From Chrysomallon squamiferum (taxonomy: Eukaryota > Animalia > Mollusca): 64,000 nucleotides of DNA. A model generated the notes under the pieces. That model saw only the letters and a program-made list of their open reading frames with translations. It searched no databases and was not told the origin of the DNA. This document shows, piece after piece, positions 56,142-64,000 of the stretch. The translations under genes and the position numbers were made by a program. The DNA lies in the NCBI GenBank assembly GCA_012295275.1, contig CM022679.1, positions 27,962,001-28,026,000 on the forward strand, in the 5' to 3' direction. Every line of letters begins with the position of its first letter. The stretch's first letter is position 1.

Positions 56142-57725
56142 ATGTGTTCTGTATGCTTGTATTTATATATATAGTTAATGAAAAACTTCGGTGTAAGTTA
56201 ATAGTAGCTGTTATAACTGTTATACTAATGAACTAGTAATAGCGGAGGTAATGATAGCAGTAGTATTAACAATACTAATAGTAGTAGCAGTAGTAGTAGT
56301 AGTAGTAGTAATATTAATAGTAGTACAGTAGTAGTAGATGTAATAGTAATAGATATAAACGTAGCATAACAGTGCAAGTACAAGAAATAGATATTTAGTA
56401 TAATTGTTCTAACAGGTTTAGTAGATGTTATAATACTAGAAAATGTGATAGTAGGATAACAGTACAAATTTAAGAAGTAAATATGTAATAGTTGTTAATG
56501 TTGTAGTCGTAGTAGCAGCAGTGAATGTTGTTTCGAGATAACAGCACACTGTACTTGAGAACCTTCTGCACTTTGAGGCAGTAGTAGTAGTATAAGGATG
56601 AGTACTGGTACTATCTAGGACACTGACAGCACAACCTAATATCAAATACAAGTGATCCTGGTCAATGTCAGAAATAACAGTTCCATCTCTCGCAGGTGAT
56701 ACTGGAGGAATTCAGGTCACCTGTTTCAGCCCAGATCCGTGCTAACCAGAAAGACGTCTGTTTCAGTCCCCTGTGAAATAACACAGGAAGTCTGACTTCA
56801 CCCGTGCCACGCGCACCGCTCTGTAAGTCACGTGACGCGCGTGCAGGTTACCTGAGATATTTCTTACAGGTGTTGGCGTCAGCTGCAGTCTTTTGAAGTC
56901 GGCTTGTTTCTTGCATATGTATTGCTAATTAATATTTTCCTGAGTTTGTAGAAACACGCAGACTGTCTTCAAGATGTTTTTCTAATCACTAACAAGCCAG
57001 TGATAAATAGTCCAATCTACATCTGTTAACATTATCAGACTAACCGAGCATCATCCATTCCTTCAAGTAACTATGAATATTTAGAAATATGTAGGTTATC
57101 TTGATTCTAAACTACATCTGTATTACAACCTCTTTATATATACATACACACACATACACACGCATACACACACACACATACACACACACATGTATATATA
57201 TCAAACACGTATGCTTAACAAAACAAAAACAAACTTGTACAAATTGACGTTTAAGCGACTCACAACAAATTATGAAACATTTAAACTGTTAAAGCGTGCA
57301 CGTGTTACACAACGTTTGATATTTCGACTTTCAGAAATGGTGAAAATAACGAGTTTAGCGATCGAAATCGAGTGAATGAAAACTATTCATCAAAGCTCCA
57401 CATTTCTTCTATATTTAACTTCTTAATACGATTACACTTGATAATCCCCAGATCTGCTTACCAAATCTACATCAGATTATCTAAATGTCAACATCAGCGT
57501 ATTGACTTCACATCCGTTTTTATTTTTATCTTTTTATTTCTCTTTAGTTTCTCTTTAAATGCAGAATTAAAGTCTTTAGTGCCGCGTGTTGCTTAGAACA
57601 GAGAGAAATTAGAAAGAGAAAAAAACAACCCAGAGAAAACGAACTGAAAATGAAATAGAGTAAGAAAAAAATTGTTTATAATGATTATTTTTTATTTCCA
57701 TTTATTTATTCATTGATATGTATAA

Positions 57726-57763
<38 letters not shown>

Positions 57764-58500
57764 TATGTGTGTGTATGTGTGTATGTATTTAGGAATGAAT
57801 ACTTTATTGTCTTATGTACGTCTGAATAGACTCTGCATACAAACAATATTCGGGAACGCGCTGGACTAAAAGACAAAGTCACAGACCCTGTCAGATGCTC
57901 AACGTGTATCACCCGTTTCACTCTTAGTATTTTCTTTCATGTATCTGTCTGTAATATAGGTATTGTCTGCCTTAATAACGTCTGATTAGTATACATACAC
58001 ACACACATACATAACACACATATGCATACATACATACATACATACATATATACATAGAAAAATTAGAAAATCCACAAAGAAAAGAACAAATAACTTTGAC
58101 CTTTATTTTATTTGACTTCTGCTTTTTTTCTCTTTTTAAAAAAAAAAAAAAAAAAAAAAAGCAACTTTCCTTTCTTCACATTATCTTTTCCCATTCGCTT
58201 TGATTATTTTGTTATTGTGTTTTTCAGCTCTGCGCAGACAGCGTTTGACTGAGTGTTGAAAATCACTACTTTAAACTTAGTGTGAAAACCGCGGTGTCAG
58301 CTGGTAATTACTTGAGTCTCTTTAAGACGAAGTGTGTTATCAATTACCGTACTTCCTGCAGTAAAAGACAGGAACAACAAAACACACTCGTTAAACAAAC
58401 ACTGCAACACGCGTGTACGTTCTTCTCTCGATCTGTCTGCATTTCCTCGTTTTGTGTGATCTCTTGAAATAAATTAGTAAGTAATTAAATAAATAAATAA

Positions 58501-58534
<34 letters not shown>

Positions 58535-59393
58535 GGAAGAAGAAGAAGAAGAACCGTGAATGGTTTTAACCATTAACAATTCATTAAGAAAAACTTATGT
58601 CTTCAACTTTTATATATTTTCTGATGGTTTTTGTGTCTGGATGCTTGTTTCAGTCAATGACTGAAAGTAAAACAAGTATGTAAATAAATATTTCCTTATC
58701 TTTTCTTTCTTTTCTCTCTAAAGAATAAAAAATTAATTAGTCACAAGTAACGAATCAACAAACAATAAAACAAAAAAATACAATAAATAAATAAATAAGC
58801 AAACAAATAAAAGAGAAAAAGAACTGTGTTTTGGATTGATATTTTCTCTATCAAGTTTTGTATGATCATTTGATTGTTTTATACAGGGGTGCAAAGACAC
58901 AGATTGTCATAGAGATACCAACTAAGTTAGAGACAGGGAAAAAGAGTCAGACAGAGGCACAGAAATACAGACAGTTAACAAATGGTCATGAAAGACCATT
59001 GTTTTTATTACAGTAAATTCAGTAGTTGACTTCCTCTCAGGTTTTAGCGTGCTCTTTCAGTTGACATGGAAACAGACATAATCAGTTTATGAGTCAGCAG
59101 ATGTGTTTAACATTACGTCATCAGGTATTCGCTTCGTCACTTTCCTCAACACGTCATCAAGAAGTAATTATCTTAGCCTGTTTTTACTACTTTATTTTTT
59201 TTCTAATCTATTTTATTCCATTTAACAATCTAATTTAATTAACAGTTCTTTTTTCTATTCTTTTGACAGATTTAAAATGAAACAGTATGTGCTTCAATGT
59301 GTGTTTAAAACAGTGAGAGGAAAAGACAAAGAAACGGTAAATGAGGAAGATGGAGATTTCAGACAAAGTCAGGCGGACAGAATTAGATACAAG

Positions 59394-59476
<83 letters not shown>

Positions 59477-59767
59477 TACACAACGCTGTTGGGAGACAAA
59501 CAGAAGGTGGACTAGTTATAAAATTTACTTACAGATTCCCAGTTTCGAACACACTCGAAGATTTTTTTTTAAACTGGCGTTCAGTAACACAAAACAAATA
59601 CAAACCACATAAACTAACACGCAAATAAACCAAATAAATAATAAATAAATAAATAAACAAACATAAATATATACATAGATATACATACATATATACATAC
59701 ATACATACATACATACATAAATATATACATAGATATACATACATACATACATACATACATACATACA

Positions 59768-59799
<32 letters not shown>

Positions 59800-60361
59800 C
59801 ATACATACATAAGTAGGAAGAAAGTAAATATAAATAAATAAATAAATAAATAAATAACATACAGGATTATACACACGAAGATACGAAACAAAGATTGAAC
59901 ATGTAAAATACTGTGATTAATGATAAAATGGCAGACAATTACAAGATGGCGTCATTACTGATTTGTCTGATGTTAGGCCACAAACACGTGTTTATTTGTC
60001 TCAGCAACAAACTCCACGAAGTCGAGCCGCCATCAATCAAGAATACAGTTCACTTCCACTGCGTAGAAAGTAAATCTGGGCGAGAAGGCGTTTTCTTCTC
60101 GCTTCAAGTTTATTTAAACTTGCTGCTTCGTATTTCAATTCAGCTTGTTTCGGATAGCCAATACAAATAAACCATGATGAACGATGTTTGTTGAGCAAAA
60201 TCGGGGAAGAAGAAAAAAAGGTGGAAAAGACAGAAGAATATTTTATAACATCAGAAGTAACGGTTGGCGCCTTCCTCTTTCAGCCGAATAAATCTCTTTT
60301 CAAAGAGAATTGTTCAAGGGAGATAATAAAGAAATTTACGTAGAGATAAGCACATAAAGAG

Positions 60362-60404
<43 letters not shown>

Positions 60405-62467
60405 CACGATTTGTTACATCATCATGTATTTGCTTTAAACATATTAATAACAATAATAATAATAATAATAACAACGATGATCATGATGATAATGATCATG
60501 ATAATCATAATCATAATAATGATGGTGATCACAATAATGAGATGATGATGATTATCCTAATGATGATGATGATGATGATAATAATAATGGTAAATTTTTA
60601 TATGGCACACTATTGATTTTTATTTAAATTGATTTCCGATCTTTTTAAACATAAAATCCATTCCTCAACGTTGTCATACTGTCAAAGCTTTTTAGACAAC
60701 ATAAGAAATAAGGTAAAAAATAATAATAAAATAAAAGAAAACATCATAGAAAAGAAAAAAAAAATAGAATGAAAAATAGAAATAAATTAACAATTTCGAT
60801 TAATTTGGGTTTCAAATAAAATAAATCTGTGTTATAATAAATTGTTTTAGCGGATGCATGAAAACTCCAGTTATCTGTTAATTTTCACTATGCATAATTA
60901 ATTAAAAAACAAAACGAAACGAAAAGGAAAAAACAAACAAGAAAAACACAAGTTCGCGTTCTTCAATACTATTTTTCCACTTTAACCTTAAATATTTTTA
61001 ATTTTAATTTTCTTTAATGAAATTTCGTTAAGATAATATGATTATGCCAGTAAAGTACTGAGAAAAGTTAAATAATTAAAACATAAAATCCTCAAATCAT
61101 AGTGGCTCATCTTTCATGGTTTGATGTACAGTTTTTGGCATGTGTATATATATTATCGATAATGACAGTTCAGAAATACAACAGTTCATTTTATTTAGTT
61201 TTGTAATATTTAGGACTGTAGGGTAAAAGAAATAACTGGATACTGTCTGAAGGCGTCAGATTTACCTTTCTCCGATAGAACAGTGAATTCAACTGAACAG
61301 AGGCTCGCTGCATTCGTCATTTTAAGCTTCGCGGGAGGCAGCTGTTGTCTTATTACAGTAACCAGTTATTTCCTACATATTACGTAGCTCGTAACTTCCA
61401 AACAATGGTGAATAACGATTTATCTGAGATTTAAGAGCTTACATCTATGACGTTTAACACAAACACTTCACGTATTACTAGTAACAATGTTCTAACTGCT
61501 TTCAAACGTGATCAAACTGTAACAGTTTATCTTTCATTACACAGACCTGCGCGCTCTGTTTTACATCAACACGTCGCCATGGCAATACTGTTGTGTTTGA
61601 CCAGACAAGAGACTCGGACAAACAGACGAACTCAGACGCGGAAATTGATGTCAGCTTCTAGTTTAAACAAAAAATATTGTTTTATTTGTCTGTTTCTATT
61701 TTATTGCAGTTTTATGAGACATAAGATCAAATGTTAATATTTTTTATATAATATTTTTTTTTCGTTGATTTAGATGTTTCTTATCATCTGCTGTTGTAGT
61801 TCTAAATTTAATCATCAAGAGAAATATTTCAAACTAGGTTATGTACTTTTTTATTATTAAATTACAATTCATCGAAACAATATTTCTTGCTTATTCAGCG
61901 AAATGATATTGAAGAAGAAGAAGAAGAAGAAGAAGAAGATGCTGTGTTTAAACTCCTAAACACGATGTGAAATTGTTTTTGTGTGAGGTTCAAGAACAAA
62001 CGGAAGTACTGATGTAGTGTGAAGACATTCGTAATCACATGTAAAATTTTCTGTCAGATTTTTACGTTTCTCATTTCCTGGTTCATAGACTTTCTGACGC
62101 ACTTTTCACACAGTTATCTGTTTTTATAATCTGCTGCTTTATCAATTTATCAAAAAAAATGTTTTTTTACCTTTTATCGGTAAACAACTGAATAATCTCC
62201 CTTCTTACGTTTCAACGTTTACCACAACGTTATTAAATCAAAATTCAGAAATGCAAATGTTTCTGGAATGACATGAAAAGAAAATGAATATTACGAAATA
62301 TTTAAAGTCAAATCGCATCATTTCACAAATTTTCATTTCTTCGTGGTCGATCATTTTTACGTCACATCTTGTACGAATCAGCGCGTTCAGCAACAAAACA
62401 TTACATAACAGAATTACTCAAAAATGCCAACGTACGTTTTACTGGACATGAATTTAACCGAATGTTT

Positions 62468-62530
<63 letters not shown>

Positions 62531-62945
62531 TAACTCTTCTTCTCTGTATCTCTCAAAAAATATGATAATTAAGAAATGTGATTAAATAAATACATAAATA
62601 AATATTTAACCTTTCTACTATTTTACAACACAGCTGACGGTTACGTTACAACACTGATTAGATTTTACGGCTGTTCAGTTCTTGTTATGACGCAAGTGAT
62701 TAATATTTGATATTCTAATTTTCTATTATTTCTAAATGAGAAGCTTAGCAGAGTAAGCAATTATAATTAGCTGGTAACTGAAAATAAATGTCTGTGCTTT
62801 TTATAGAGAGAAAACCAGATTATTTGGAGGTAAAATATTGTGATTTATACTTCCTGGTTTATTGACTTCATGACGTCACTTCCTTTATTAGTCTGTCGTC
62901 TGCTGTTCAATAATCTTCAAGGCATCCCTAATGAATGAAACAAAT

Positions 62946-63092
<147 letters not shown>

Positions 63093-64000
63093 GATGTAAA
63101 TGCAATATTATTTAATTATTTCATGCAGCCTTCTCGACAAGAACATAACAGTATTGTCACTGGGATCGAAGTAAGATGTGCTGGTCTTTAAACGAACCAT
63201 AATCGCAAAAAATTGACGAAAGCAGTTATAATTAATTTTGATTGGTTCGTATTATTAATACGTGAGGCAGCTCCGGACAAACAGATACAATTATCGTTAA
63301 TTGGTTGTAGTGTTTTTTATCGTATTTTTAGCACGCAGTAACTTTTTCTCCTTTGATCTTGATGGGTTTACACTAAGATTTTAAAGACCAAAATATAATG
63401 AAATATAAAAATAGTTTAATGTAGTTAAACAACATGTTACAGATGTAACAGTCACAAAATGGAGCAAAAGTAATAAAGAAAAATGTTAAAACCAATCATT
63501 AACACATACACACACCCACAAGTACACATACACACACACACACACGCCTACACGCATTCGTGCTCGATTCAGTTGAAATCTGATTTTATAACTTTAAAAG
63601 AACAAAATGGAAATAAAGATTATTTGGATATTTTAATTTTATTACTGGCTTTTGAATTTAATATTTCTCTCTTTCTTTTTCTTTCGTTCCTTTCTCATTT
63701 CTTTCTTGTCTTCTTTACTTCTTTCTGTCTTAGAAAGAAGGAAAAACCAAATGATATATAAAAAAGAATAATTGTTTTACGTTTGTCTTACGTTTGTCTT
63801 AGAGTTGTCATCCTTTTGGAGTGATGTATTTAAAAATACTGCATGGAAAACAGCACTGAACTTGACTGCGCTGTCAGCATTTGCTTAAAATATCAGTTAA
63901 CAGAAACAAGATTGCTGAGATGTAATATCAGTTAAAATTAGTTTGTAATTAAACAGAAACGTAATTAATTGAGTATATATGAGGTGATGTAAGTATACAA

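Overview
Eukaryotic, AT-rich DNA saturated with microsatellites, most likely from an invertebrate (probably a gastropod mollusc; this is inference from SINE-like relics and repeat content). It holds one supportable protein-coding gene: a 3-exon class A (rhodopsin-like) neuropeptide GPCR on the + strand. The exons are 1-708, 46230-46451 and 49006-49272, both introns are phase-0 GT-AG, and the product is 398 aa with a 45.5-kb first intron. The receptor carries RF/RY-amide-type pocket residues (T2.61, Q3.32, D6.59, H7.39) and an unusual Asn at the 3.43 hydrophobic-lock position. The rest is non-coding: dozens of microsatellites, about ten minisatellites (one with a 170-bp higher-order period), one intact TA-flanked MITE and several decayed tRNA-derived SINEs. 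The most interesting unexplained signals are a strong excess of CRE/bZIP sites (including a 4x tandem CRE array) and a 3'-UTR minisatellite carrying 13 tandem splice-donor motifs. Nearly all other ORFs in the track are repeat artefacts. No CRISPR array, rRNA or intact tRNA was seen. All regulatory interpretations are hypotheses.
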